A DNA stretch of 62,458 nucleotides from Barthelona sp. PAP020 (lineage: Eukaryota), in NCBI GenBank assembly GCA_040182905.1, contig JARQWU010000031.1, forward strand, positions 1 to 62,458, written 5' to 3'. Shown here in pieces: positions 43,201 through 49,651 of the stretch; positions within the stretch are counted from its first letter, which is position 1, and each line of letters opens with the position of its first letter. A program made the position numbers and the translations under genes. The notes beneath the pieces are model-generated. The model worked only from the letters and a program-made list of their open reading frames with translations, was not told the origin of the DNA and searched no databases.

Positions 43201-45840
43201 TTAGAATGTTATTCAAGTGATTGTTTGGTTAACTTTGAACCTTCAACCAATGGTTCGATTAATTTCTTCTTCAGTGATCAATATGTTGTATTTTTGACCA
43301 TATCTCTTCTTAATCCTTGTTGCAATCTTCCACAGAGAATGATAATTAAATCATTTGACGAAAATGGTGCTGAATATCAGCAAGTGATGATTACAGATTT
43401 TTCAAGTTTAAAACCAACTGACAGTTTCATGACTGATCAAAAAGATGTAGGAATCTTTGGTTTTGTTCTTGATGTTCAAACAACACCATTTGTTAGGTTT
43501 ACTATTGATATTGAAACAAGTGAAGAACCTGTAAATATTTCATCGATAGTGTTTCATGGGCTTTCTGTGGATATGCCTTTTACAATTACCAGTGAAAAGA
43601 GTGTTTTGACCGAATATGAATTCTCTTTAAATAATGTTAATCTTTACTTTGGTAAATTGACTCTTTATAATTATGTTGGAAATCTTTTGACATCATTCAA
43701 GGGCTCTGCTCAGGCAAAATTGAATGATATTGTTGTTTTTCAAACATTTGATCTTGAGAACTTTTCATTCCAAATTGACACCAATAAGGATATATTTTAC
43801 AGTATAAATGACCTCAATATCAATTTAAAATCAGTAGATGATGAATTAATTGAGTATGGGCAAATTATTCAGCATGTGTCGTTTACCAATGGACCAGCAA
43901 TGGAAATATCAGTTGCTAATGATAGCTACAGTAGTATTATACTCAATTCTAATTCATCTGGAGTTTGTGAAATTTCTGTCAATAAATACAATATTTTGAA
44001 TGAAACCACGTATGCTACTTCAACTGTTACTGTGTTATTTAGTGATTGGAATTGCAGAATTCCAGACTTTGGTAATATTATGGAAGTTTTCTTGTGGAAT
44101 GTAAACAACTCTGATTGTTCATTATTGTTAGCTGTTGATGAAGCAATCATTGTTATTGATTTGAAGATCCAATGTCAAATTCCTTCTAATTTTACCATCA
44201 ATTTGGATTCAACAATTGAGTATAAAACAGTCATTGATTTACAAATTGATTTATTAAATGACAATTCTGAGCTTGTATTTGGTACTTATGAAACATTACC
44301 GGTATTAAATATTAAAGAACAAAATGGATATTTCAATCATCTCGACAAAAATCTTAATTTTGGCAGAACTATCTTCAAAGAAATCTATTTGGATTTTCCT
44401 CCTGCCTCAATTCTATATTTTGACATTGAAATCGTTCATTCTTTGTTTTCTTTGAATGCAACACTTCAAGTTATCGCTACAGATTGTGAATTTCCAAAAG
44501 TTTTTTCAGAATTAGAAAATGACTGTATGTGTGGAAAAGGATATATTTCAACGATTGAAAACAATGAGATTACTTGTGAAGCATGTGGCATAGGTTACTA
44601 TTCAAATATTATCAGTGCAGATTCATGTTTTATCTGTCCTAATGATCGAACTACCCTTGAAACAAACTCTACATCCATTGATCATTGTATTTGTCAAGAT
44701 GGTTTTACTTTTTCAAAGGATGTTGAATTATGTGTACAATGTCAAGATGATATAGTTTGTATAAATGGCACAATACAAGGACCTATTGATGGTTATTGGT
44801 TAAATCGAACAGATTTATTGGCTTTTAATAGCAGTAACAAAATAACAACGTTCAAATGTCTAAATAATGGTTGTCAAACCAAAGGATGTTCCATCGGTTA
44901 CAAAGGAAAATTGTGTCAAGAATGTGATGAAGGTTACATACAAAGTTCAGATTTTTCTTGCATATTAGAGAAAAATTCAATTAATATTTACGATATTTTT
45001 GTTTTTGTTGGATCTTTTGTTATATTTATTTTATTGAATATTTTTAGTTTATCTCAAAAAGATAAACTTCGGAAGAAAAAGGATAAAAAGATAAAATTTA
45101 TTTGTAAAACGTTAAATATTATAAATATTATATATTTTACAATGATTTCAACTGTAAATGGTACTTATTTTATCAAATATCCTTTAAAAATTAAATATTT
45201 CTCACTGAATATCCCACAAACATTATTGTATTTGTTTTCAAATGATTTTATCCCTATTTTTTTAATTGCATATATAATAATCTTGTTGACTGTCTATTTA
45301 TTATTTTTGAAATATAAAACAAGCAATATCACGTTCATTTATTTGACTTTTTTGCCAATCATCAGTAACTACATTTTTCAATTAATTCTACCGTTAGATT
45401 TTGAAAATGTTTTCAATTCTTTTATCTATTATTCAAATAGACATTTTAACACAATATTAACTCTTGGAATAGTTTTCATTATTTATATTTTTATGTTGAT
45501 TTCTCCTTTTTTTATTAAAAATAACCAAAATAAAGACTTGATCAAATTGGGTACATTAATTAGTTGTGGATTTATGTTTTCAAACTTTTCACAATTTTAT
45601 AGTGTCGTTTTGTTTTTATTCGTTGTTTTACTGATGATTTTAACAATTTTTTGTTATTTATTTAAAAGTAGACATAAATTTGAAATATTGTCCATTCTTT
45701 CAATAATGTCAATTTGTTGTTTTGGATTATTTTTCTATTTCCTTATCCCTAATATAGTCAAATCATTTATTATTGCACCATTATTTACTATTTTTTATTT
45801 AATTTCAATGGCAATTACAACTCCTGAAAAATTAAATTGA
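25255..45840 (+). CDS. Giant (~6860 aa) predicted cell-surface multipass membrane protein
   Basis: 20.6-kb stop-free ORF with signal peptide, long Ile/Asn/Ser-rich beta region, IPT/TIG-like repeats (~40165-43050), Cys-rich module (~44485-44965) and several C-terminal hydrophobic helices (~44990-45820). Confidence 0.9.
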   Translation: MLNSNIFNIFLIIFVGLLIQVKTKELICENGIIIDISDNLLNGIQITSKISSNEAKINLCNLEILSAEIEDSNNIIIVNGNENLDNDDIYPYLLISTDVENIDSLFEIYLSHVNVVFEICFPTFDLYIVNDSYIRPNENDNGIILEISLGNLFVNSENVLGTSNEFLINLQSLTCEDQSLLVNGNFNVVGKATIFSITDTLLVTYELDIVENGGILYNSSIQFEYVVSDEFYISYLNYMTFIGDKSFFLYVLDEIYMCGMNEINLEEISSTKMFSLNSNGMINVYFAQNIENFAVFQIQNANKVIFNEINTDQINIDGFVEANSLIVSVCYCSHLIVHKTFKFSSCQLNTFISSSSLIMNGVTLSANTVILEQFMEINLDILVVRDHAILNNISNVKIFRKIYAVNKIFATNSTLLIPLCNGNYVLSNVTVQITEYEETCNIISTDQLYIISPTNYIFFKGVFFSPSIIVTNIYSLTFINTKLHTIDGIISQDNKLLRVSYGSNSTLIGNFNFFSISKFSKSDVIGKLVVEHMIDSTFYVQGNFSCKYMINSVLKGNSFIDIDKISLVSSKILFPVYINDLTCYNCIVGGVFVKISFNNTINKLSTNITFISDSIIYELNFDNINQFSKINTFNIVVKSVDFILYESTDIYINGYQSNEKKNLVFDVVESNIFVNTAFENFITQVISEHSYLDIKEFENIASFNSTVKSVGNSTFVKLYDSTLVLYDSISIKQMTMNCSTIKSFPFLNIDIYDLSIYYDEINPITFVGVYQIYDITYVDSNANILLNGSVILKLNEVSIIEDTLLYLNTEGGFCVVIVDNVNNLLGNQNFESIYCSLIMLEEIMTKKTQNNFFETKTKEYYQMYVSLLNYYYELLDLSINLTAANDLTWINPIVSITDQFTDSNENYQIIYGDEIMDLEFTSFSTIYATTASNIIIDALFLLKVNEITDLTSNIVDESSKYTVFGMFEEISSSTISIDIINVTLIADTTINGEILNVTQLQSTNNLNSDISNIYIVDCYSTINIGTGITIIHDILTVETKEDEWCEVYFSGFESSTLIFKEEVNIAIQITDGIGTLIFKQLNDYQDSIYFGSIDFMRNLTFIHPSYVNMLDNTYIINGNVKTSYCSNIKIADGVYFECKNFYLTLVGSSKSIFNGTLGGESTIDFEGYLYIKLTGDFDNTVIIIEKMWKFGKIIAETFNVMFYDSDLSSNIVENANNVIVGGLISNCSLNFGHELSFDRMIDSYINCNSEICSMSSIFGNPAIIQNSIFNFTSLSLSINLLIFYDFNVLNIKESADFSSSIIDLKNNATLHISSSINVQSILFNDDISLTGSLYGYLDVIESKMILKGDDIHITGIKNVDDNTLPTVDTYIQKNGAVQLNNLMIENIQIVESDLTILNSIIKGHIKVNTLTMDNVNYFGYIKVLEKFVLSNMKLSDAFLMSYEIDSILTHVYIESSNILSNTTIMMKNVTLENVSFVQNADIFSNFYGVKGFSKSDNLVTFIDSNITIGNLYNIDFTNKNSKVLLFGYSNVHFMDTEELTIISLNSEENESYHEYLNITYKLKVGGSTIVRTLDSVSSTFIIEGPGIVNITEFGSNILELTLINVVMYWIPSEDTSITIKTINLENSSLTLISNDFSSIQDIVGNEMSVLILKETIFGKLTAYNVHTFFYGVKIDVLDVIEGIVDCQLYEGTKSYGVSTITMLNGTNSLFNLYGEGSTVSKLEIENCTLYIDEMIAESLTTMNSSIYVYRQFNEVGINLYANFTTSNVTFLLDLLVYSNYKVEMMVVTDMIINSSNIYIDMIIGESIIADNFDFEGFLLFTDVYIVNSNVQQIEIKEDSNNCYLSHVNIKKLHPVVNSIECSIDFSYINHISDIFGTFDTIVASYMVISVGESIFYGNNEIKFLRNQGIKNQANVIINADAKINGEYFDGSISGQGDVRTKFLYIRNFSDFEGKFLNFETFQFDILDELIEFAGYNLTLFNGTEFFISTDDSSKVQTFHFKNIQSGNLQIYNSSLFDMKKNIYVDNCNFSLSFKDTLTEIGGFLNIMDLTLLNSNIQLTGHISTKSLRFFNCQIFGLFILDDENGLIPNNICEKNVSYIHEDFYMNYLTNVVFHCKVGMFVASNDYIILKSGIYYLNSINFDINNNDFELSLYGNGYFKRAEGESSDLIVIDVCEWKSSRIFEAIENINTKLAVNFICDIEYGIFYLNSIIVSTGQQVYLEIDGDNALKTLDIECNGNLTLIILNPSLETLQISGEFEQCIFKIVNPVLKGFVINFIDVNFKDLTSVVFETINSLVLFSSDVNIYNNVQFYNAHISVLNTIKFSNTILGLYSSVIESIEAVTIEFYGDNSIIGDSFIFFDSLEFPNLYSSRIFINDTSFTFNNLISPSQFNFGNSLAHLTDITEMIVEDSTILLNSVESFKSVHSIIKIETFSTHSTTFECLNNSVIFGTLPLSSNKMIIDSIVLENSTFIFKTLSGSTTDVYVPLLNLVNSTLLLNSTYAGINIENSWIIHRYPIILNGAYEDDILNSDFEIDITGIEGFNAFSCLYGGCIVNRFNKHSIKQMFRISGTSNVFTNIENVQFTVLFDAELDLRDSNSIDLICINAQITIRSVTFDLFISVNCVVNGEIDAKKVLTPNSDLNIVGSPEFIVSSLGETVGFSSPFESKYHYSSLQEEYMMADISLTGSFLNVENVLHYSDTTLTITDGTVILAGTIEFIDTILSFDCVEKDCFVIADTISFQSSTPFGGYGNITFIANKIEIAGLARVLDISFDYHIYFFVHDLLDMTSLTSPLLLKNVTFYATDIEAKINMANSTVYSSCIQVLDSFCLVDNDIELNVGLFVNEVNNIFINKNHIPTIGFINNKIDNFDCIIKINASVLNYYAFIDRKVGIILSDVNIDLLEQYDKTFDIHLLSDSSIDLTLTDSGEEIEILFSNGLAKLLPSISDDVLFSIFAFNEVSFLKVQKLVTFNIFHFLTGDLSFVDLKYLELNVINATILYYPSIVHCMYCETLKAETNLDISFESTSQSIYLQGNFMLEQLAIPKDFFVYNGLMIVKQDFGRPLLTDVGFQVQTNGYLNYNSSLSGYNLIFSFYNGIIEEIAVTEAAIVFYYNNTQEVDKNITILANHTSFLFVNDTIAYEMYECNIILQYLPTISYELFFEELVIYKGIVSQTFDSTLMFKKKLIGKNLVFDQCSLGSSINLDLKIAFISGFQRDSFLATNGFDLRVFSLGNITFIDVLTSYLYVDVLESVDFKGLMNFVESLGVMKEIDVIKPLDISLFNSNFDTSQIFEYKPHLILLPKRDLISSNETSIEESTLDKSVILKRSAEVFGHLNIYTYSTVHIKGTFYRIFGINASVEYEFMPSKSFELQTFSVAYLFINAITPDDNVFTYSPNFNVFKMVTSVSLYLDYWTTLEFMAIFEGEDEKAAIRHSRNVFVSYDFARSNINLEVDNTTIVFETLKEFYVHCEKLTVSDSYLKGRFAAKTLNIHGSNQMNNKLIVTESLILDEEVHGNVPLYCHGFECHLILFNVEDEQLLDIQRIKRKIRVYFNGTTLSDIILDSLFVKSNSVSVGLSSIESQSLDLWNVENSLINLVVGESEMENVRTKGCISTINNSTIFGHLFQQMENLIVFHNSTASVMSFSGGRPFIGVEITSNVFSSRLYPYSINYIDLSSNFTNLHVVEIKNELIGHLDGIVIVQTMVNEDSSAFKPLIESVDQVFIGGIVKDIVVRNSPQVNMMLISQEGTIENSNFNGTFIGLSTVDVIGNLKNINLLSNYVTFGDSVDFSGNIIVWTEITFEIFDVSFFGETLIGYKMADNGDTRGDVGGDVGIIDLRNIKNIYFHQFTRKMKSFELNICGHDIDTQISGKSVTLIANKHVFGDFDTLSLVVGDSDMILVSSSEGIDMNLITTESNEYMNTSIFFFSPTQESNGATVVNFENKINPHIYVDVHIFEGDVEFSDSWFESGCSGPFSKVKLNKETFNFQSYGSAFEGNGNIHLNNNSIAYIIDADDFDLFSNLSIVVFRDINEFVTTIQLKNVSFILDGISIFEKDFTSKTSVFVLSDDIEFLGNVFVNRLFGEAISVSGMVLSVEDILFAMDLNVNTLVCEELLVKNAEIVKFIPNDNICHNCVLSGSYLKIDNFVLEVFSGEMTGFLVYKGNEPLKMQEVNSNLCVNVSIVSITDCSFRCIYEVDEINGNNLKVDMILVDIEFLLTIDILTVDQFIVGRTITGEQEKFTTIDCGLIIISDSLQVTHIVSSLIIANTLIVDDLLANSILCANIEGKLLNDGDSDLKIPRVYSSNYCEIESMNDGYLFCFNSLSIIESSNTTFGSNFSFGYLNNSGFIKINKEAIACMNSNISITLNSKEFNNLTIIDTEIVLQTFDNITLEYLNITSSILNCSSHFEIDYLTLINSSLSIEMMIKELYGNNSIFLKDAIYVYDRAELWNVSSKIIIFTGTYIFSDCTSQNCFTNVLIDSNFVLNLPKVIGTFNQLIITNKTTIDSDFYLKKEINEEDYLFYSFYGDFIDSFEDKYFIFSKDQKVAGGIDINMNKTIFNNSMIRINEDFANEENQQPHIIDSSNLVVFVNIATLTDEIIMFDQNIQNITIICLLNNCNFENLNIPNFFKLIGNFSFKEQTFQNDLQIGWFFDAKEQEKLFILTNYNEKNPYSTILNSTVMLTTNDSFSALFARKIDAKTSLLFNNKDISTINVLMCSDHCIFSNIFDSNTFIYSSNFLTTSSLVISQGVVLKDVLISNGISSIDYLFNYICSFDDITIETIQEGMLLAIFKGDCVISNYISVDTLYIKDTGQITINEIKSVDLLISAGIFSYTNIENIDLNVMFVFDGVISLAPLITTCSLGFIVDNLMEDSTSLSVNVYMFYDNLESLPKITSCSFDDGIGSVVELSKYTCSGYMFIRPLEVSMINLFTSDEYEFIIEDDEDIDTYFSINLPIGSGKFSISVVNKFDKKSVRVFKDHYPIPTIYYVDSTALTTSIGSLIIYGDHFGISKIGMNVFFDGTDVIDLCDVVNNGKIECSNLPEGYGSIQINVGLSDQISDDFTVSFLPPSIESFDCTVLDIYTINKACKVTGNNFGPIDVVNVDFISNDSESTANFELLSVINTHKEIEMLFNLNHFGGVFIFNIGTKSINTTVTPTDGTFLTSTITNTYTVSKIVFAFKNLFLNGKDVSMIVNGSCCHEYSVMKTEESIQKITIDNVDCVHEIQFDFESKYSKIRLVETIPVLWQEASNKFIGGTVGTIPMFTFATCLKNNLQIRIDSSIVNIVELSFYNVFVTMPLLMGEFSYELLLEKEVISTSPHKLNFYPPNVQSFDPSFVSCLYEFNVSFVGPYFGAAGMEAILLLYDSDTMELVSEYFGEVVRNDLVEFSLIGNDIEWCVNSKTFSSLLSINNVKSDYMFNVPFTNGVVYSPYTISFKDAIIIYVYMDSVVLQSFIFKVFNDTFELEIICYPNSENNEQNYKCTSEAILTAGEYQTNVVVDESTLNARNFFVYELSDHFVYLPPDTSINDVALKAYYGNQLVFSNYNSVFMVTDLTSTGVLINIFSNDKIGVEMYSLSIGSETFKNVLRIEIFSFDFEPKWALINESTDIVIKLELVEPEIIFNGDFTLLSSLCEIYDSSNGEIVCEYLSKDLGVFELYVETYFIETDITFIPEFCLGNIEVFSTDFLLIDLPIVNQQLEFNINFTGSSEYNSLPSMLQVELISSANTNYTSCKLKNNAYQCVVLINSSNSISVVYNSVVLGVIEPYDLPIIYNCDIYSFSNLYLPSISCLCVSCGRITNLFLQNNKNLKQSALTYEIEVKTGFIIFKVNDDDLELTESMSLDLIIEYEGIYQNTNPISFNFTHCYVSHSEPSVLFDSTNDYVTLKGYFAGLNDSLVQCVYLHQFIVNAQLVDVNTIICDPFGLTYSGNLLISLLINAELSDIEFDILSSVDAKVCSVEEFSDNLKTVINTSDYFIKLDYSNEDGLNDLWVDRCNLECYSSDCLVNFEPSTNGSINFFFSDQYVVFLTISLLNPCCNLPQRMIIKSFDENGAEYQQVMITDFSSLKPTDSFMTDQKDVGIFGFVLDVQTTPFVRFTIDIETSEEPVNISSIVFHGLSVDMPFTITSEKSVLTEYEFSLNNVNLYFGKLTLYNYVGNLLTSFKGSAQAKLNDIVVFQTFDLENFSFQIDTNKDIFYSINDLNINLKSVDDELIEYGQIIQHVSFTNGPAMEISVANDSYSSIILNSNSSGVCEISVNKYNILNETTYATSTVTVLFSDWNCRIPDFGNIMEVFLWNVNNSDCSLLLAVDEAIIVIDLKIQCQIPSNFTINLDSTIEYKTVIDLQIDLLNDNSELVFGTYETLPVLNIKEQNGYFNHLDKNLNFGRTIFKEIYLDFPPASILYFDIEIVHSLFSLNATLQVIATDCEFPKVFSELENDCMCGKGYISTIENNEITCEACGIGYYSNIISADSCFICPNDRTTLETNSTSIDHCICQDGFTFSKDVELCVQCQDDIVCINGTIQGPIDGYWLNRTDLLAFNSSNKITTFKCLNNGCQTKGCSIGYKGKLCQECDEGYIQSSDFSCILEKNSINIYDIFVFVGSFVIFILLNIFSLSQKDKLRKKKDKKIKFICKTLNIINIIYFTMISTVNGTYFIKYPLKIKYFSLNIPQTLLYLFSNDFIPIFLIAYIIILLTVYLLFLKYKTSNITFIYLTFLPIISNYIFQLILPLDFENVFNSFIYYSNRHFNTILTLGIVFIIYIFMLISPFFIKNNQNKDLIKLGTLISCGFMFSNFSQFYSVVLFLFVVLLMILTIFCYLFKSRHKFEILSILSIMSICCFGLFFYFLIPNIVKSFIIAPLFTIFYLISMAITTPEKLN

Positions 45841-45995
45841 TTTTGTAAAAGAATAGTTTTTTATTCTCTCCATTGCATTCATAAGAGCATTAAATGCATT
45901 CATATAACAAAAATATAAAAATTTTATTCAAATGAATGGTTTTTTTATGAGTAAAATTTTATTCTCAAAAACGCGATTTTTATTTCAATCTTTTC

Positions 45996-47033
45996 ATGTC
46001 CAATCATTTGAATGGAAATCCAAAGGATTTTAATTATCTAGATTCATATTTAAGAAAACTTGAATTAGAAAATGAACATTTATCAAACACTTTAAATCCA
46101 AATAATATTATTATTAGTCCTGAATATGTACCAAAACGATCAATTGATCAAGAATTAGAAACGAATGAAGCCAGAAAGTCAACTCCATCCATGGAGAATC
46201 ATAATAGACAAAATCATCAAATCTCACAAAAGCAACAGACACAAAAGATACAACCAACTCAAAACAATTTTAACACTTCAAATAATACTCAAAATATAAA
46301 TGTACAAACAGAAATTCAATCTTTGAGAGAAGAAATTCGAAATTTATGTGAAAAAGTGAGTGAAAATACAAGTGCTATGTCCCAATCAATATATGATTAT
46401 GGACCTCCTTCTAATCACAGTCCTTATTCTCAATATAGAAGCAATGTTCGAAATTCAACTCAACGTTTAAGCATGACAAGTCCTCAAATAATGGGAACTA
46501 TGCATTCTTTGACTGACGAATTGGATGCTATGGAATACACTTCACCAAAAACTAGGCTAAATTATGACTTGGAAGAAGCTGAATCGGTTCTTTCGGATGT
46601 CTCTGATATTGATGATGACATAATTGTTGCCCCCGTTTTGATACATCAAGATGATTCTTTTTCACAAAAGGGTAAAAAAAATCGAAGAACAGAGGATTTA
46701 TATACAAAGCCTCGAATCAAATCTTTAACATTACAATTGGAAGCAAGTCAATTTGAAATCAAACAATTGAAAAGAAAAAATGAAATTCTTGAGAAAAAAT
46801 TAAAATTGAAAGAAAAAAAAATTAAAGAAAACAAGAAGTTAAGAGATTCATTGTTGGAATTAAAGAGTTCTTACGTGAAATGTGACAGTGTTCGTCAAAA
46901 ACAAAAGAAATACATAGTCAATTTAAAAGAAGAAAATTCAAGGTTGCGTGAACAATTGAATGAGTTACAAGAGCTTATTTCGTCAAGACCCAAAGTTTTA
47001 AAAAATCAAAAAAATAGAAAAAAATTAAAATAA
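45996..47033 (+). CDS. Hypothetical coiled-coil protein
   Basis: 345-aa ORF with low-complexity N-terminus and heptad-rich C-terminus. Confidence 0.75.
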   Translation: MSNHLNGNPKDFNYLDSYLRKLELENEHLSNTLNPNNIIISPEYVPKRSIDQELETNEARKSTPSMENHNRQNHQISQKQQTQKIQPTQNNFNTSNNTQNINVQTEIQSLREEIRNLCEKVSENTSAMSQSIYDYGPPSNHSPYSQYRSNVRNSTQRLSMTSPQIMGTMHSLTDELDAMEYTSPKTRLNYDLEEAESVLSDVSDIDDDIIVAPVLIHQDDSFSQKGKKNRRTEDLYTKPRIKSLTLQLEASQFEIKQLKRKNEILEKKLKLKEKKIKENKKLRDSLLELKSSYVKCDSVRQKQKKYIVNLKEENSRLREQLNELQELISSRPKVLKNQKNRKKLK

Positions 47034-47194
47034 ATAAATGAAAAAAAAAATTTTTTTTTTTGTTTTGAGGGGCATGTAATCAAAAAGATTTGAAACACAA
47101 ACGCAAAACTTCTGCAAAATAATAATTTCGATAAATAGTCAAAAGAATGTAAACTACAGATAAAAAAACCAATTCAAAGACCCAACATTCATGT

Positions 47195-47724
47195 TTATTT
47201 CCAAGCCAAGAAGCACCGTGCGTATGAGTGAATAATGTGGAAGTTCATGCTCAATGAACGGAATTTATTGGAGATATAAAGAGGTCATCAAATATCACTC
47301 CCTTTATTTGTTGTTTCTTGACCACCTTTAGGTCCAATTTTTTAAGTTACTTGGGCATCTGAATCCACATGAGTTTTTCCCAAACCTTAAGCTAACTCGT
47401 TTCGTTGTTCACTGAACAACTCATACCTCATAAATATCTAATAAAAAAGAATAGTGTTTATCTGGTTAAAGGCTTTCGAGGCCCCATTGATCTGTTGAAA
47501 AACTTTCGATTTTCTAAGGTAAAGTTTAAATTTTAGAATTTTGCTTCTGCAAAAATACAAAAAATTGGAAGGGAAAATTTCTCCAAAATTCTCCTACTTG
47601 ATCATTCCAATTACATTTCAGTCCCTCAATTCCCCTTTTGAGATTTTGACTGAAATTTGCTAGAATGAGTTTTCTGAGTTTACTTTCTTTGTAAATAATT
47701 ATTGTTGTTTCACAACTGGACCAA
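47195..47724. repeat. Dispersed repeat copy 2; modules B-rc(47200-47230), C(47236-47439), A-rc(47445-47724)
   Basis: Aligns to 13349-13877 with different module order and orientation. Confidence 0.95.
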
Positions 47725-47899
47725 AATATTTCAATCTAAACCTAGTGTGTATAAACAATGAAAGACTTCTGAAACGTCTTCAAACTCAAAAATTGAAAGA
47801 CATTCATTTAATCACTTGAAAAAAATAATTGCATTGTTCTCTGTGAAGCAAATAAAAAACAATACATATGTTTATACAAAAGACTACAAAAAAATATCT

Positions 47900-49651
47900 C
47901 TACACACTTCGAATTACAAACGGATAGAAGAAGTCTTCTGGGAAGTTGGGGAAGAGACTGCTGTTTGGAGGGACGAATTCTGGCTGTTCTTCGTCAGCGA
48001 TGTCTATGTATTCGATGAATGTTTCCATCTTCAAGTAATAAACATCGTTAACTTCATCATAGACGACTTGATCTTCATGCTTGTTGAAGAAGACGTTGGT
48101 GGTGAGGATATCTCTTTGAATGCCGAGTAAGCGATTTTGGGGATTGGCAACTGAACCTTGAGGAGAATAGACAAAAGTGTACTTGATTCCATAAGGAACG
48201 TCGGCGCACATGCTGTCGTGAATGTCTGAGGTACTTGAGGAGGAAGGAATTGTTCCGAATATCTCAAGCCAAACAAATGAATCTTCATGACTGGCGTTTC
48301 CAAACATGGCGACGCGATCTGGAACAGTTGATCCCAACAAAACTTTCTTCGTTGCATCTCTGACTGAAGCGCATGTGTCGCCTGAGATAGCTGCATCATC
48401 AATTTCAAAAAGACAATAACTGCCGTCGTTGTGTCCAAACAAAACGGAGTCTGTTGGCTCTGCCTTACAGATTTTCCCTGTCTTGGAAGGTCTGAGGAGA
48501 TACTGGTCTGGGTCACGTGAGATGGCGTACTTTCCTGAATTTGTGATGACGACGCCTGATAGAATTGGAAGCCCCAAAACATAACCAGGAGTGCCTGACC
48601 ATTCAACAAGAGTTGATGCATCGGAGGAAGTGACAAATTTCACGGTCGTTTTTAAAGACAATCCATATGAAGAGCCAATTTGAATCGAAAGGGGATGACT
48701 TTGAATGACAACCATTGTTATCTGAACTGCCGAAATATCACCGCCATAGCTGTGCGTGATGACGATGGATGTTTCAACTGGAAAGTTCGTCCAAAGCGTT
48801 GGGCTTGCAGCATTATCGACAGCAAATGTCGGAAACGAGGTTGAAGTGCTGATGATGTTTCCACTTGTGTCTTTTGTTGTCACTGAATACGTGGGAGTTA
48901 TTGCAGATGTGCTTGTTGGATTTGGAACAACACCGATGTTCAATGCATTGAGGTATGTCTTCACCCTAGCGACATACTGAACGGCGGTGTCGTATCCCTT
49001 GAGAATCGCGCATTGCCCCGAAACAGCAGTAGCGTGTTGCAGAGAACCAAAGAAGCACACACCCTGTGGAGATGAACGTGGAAATGGAGTATTGTAAAAG
49101 AGCGTGCGTGAAGAGTCGTAGCTGCGATAATTGTCGCCTACAACATAAACAGAACCGAGAGCACCCGCCGCAGTAAGGTCGCTGCGGAATCCTGTATCAA
49201 GATCTGAGTCGAATACAAAAGATGACATTTGGGACGAAGTGTACTGTGAAGCAACGGTATAGTACGCACCAACGGAACCGCTGTTTAACTTTGTAATGCA
49301 TGAAAGACTGTCCTCAGAAGAAACAGCGTATTCATTGGCATTCAGGTTGGAGCTAACAACGCCAAACGAATCGGAACACACTTTAAGCTCCTTTGTCTGG
49401 ACAGCTTGTGTTTCTGGAAGACAGTTATTATCAAAGGTGCTGATTTGAGCCTGAGTACAGTCAGAATCACAGCAACAATTGGGTTCGCATGTTCCCTTGA
49501 TCAAATCGCACATACAGAAGCCAAGGTCAACGTTTTCCTTGATCGCAGAAGCACTTTCGGTAACATTGGTCCAGGTAATCGTCAATTTGGTGCAGCGCAT
49601 CGACGCAAAGCAAATAATGGCCACCAAAAAAAACAAAGTTGCATTTTTCAT
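47900..49651 (-). CDS. TCTN: Tectonic family ciliary transition-zone protein
   Basis: Signal peptide MKNATLFF, CMCDL..CEPNCCCDSDC, SGTPGYVLGLPI, VLFGHN..SYC, PEDFFYPF. Confidence 0.9.
   Translation of the reverse strand: MKNATLFFLVAIICFASMRCTKLTITWTNVTESASAIKENVDLGFCMCDLIKGTCEPNCCCDSDCTQAQISTFDNNCLPETQAVQTKELKVCSDSFGVVSSNLNANEYAVSSEDSLSCITKLNSGSVGAYYTVASQYTSSQMSSFVFDSDLDTGFRSDLTAAGALGSVYVVGDNYRSYDSSRTLFYNTPFPRSSPQGVCFFGSLQHATAVSGQCAILKGYDTAVQYVARVKTYLNALNIGVVPNPTSTSAITPTYSVTTKDTSGNIISTSTSFPTFAVDNAASPTLWTNFPVETSIVITHSYGGDISAVQITMVVIQSHPLSIQIGSSYGLSLKTTVKFVTSSDASTLVEWSGTPGYVLGLPILSGVVITNSGKYAISRDPDQYLLRPSKTGKICKAEPTDSVLFGHNDGSYCLFEIDDAAISGDTCASVRDATKKVLLGSTVPDRVAMFGNASHEDSFVWLEIFGTIPSSSSTSDIHDSMCADVPYGIKYTFVYSPQGSVANPQNRLLGIQRDILTTNVFFNKHEDQVVYDEVNDVYYLKMETFIEYIDIADEEQPEFVPPNSSLFPNFPEDFFYPFVIRSV

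Noticed and set aside
26008..44150. Short antisense and alternative-frame ORFs inside the giant gene and other genes
   Set aside because: Shadow ORFs from codon bias; most have non-ATG starts and no recognisable motifs.
47395..47432. Hammerhead-like arrangement on the minus strand of module C (ATGA-stem-GAAAC)
   Set aside because: The catalytic core must be CUGAnGA; here it is GGTATGA, and GGTATAA in copy 1.
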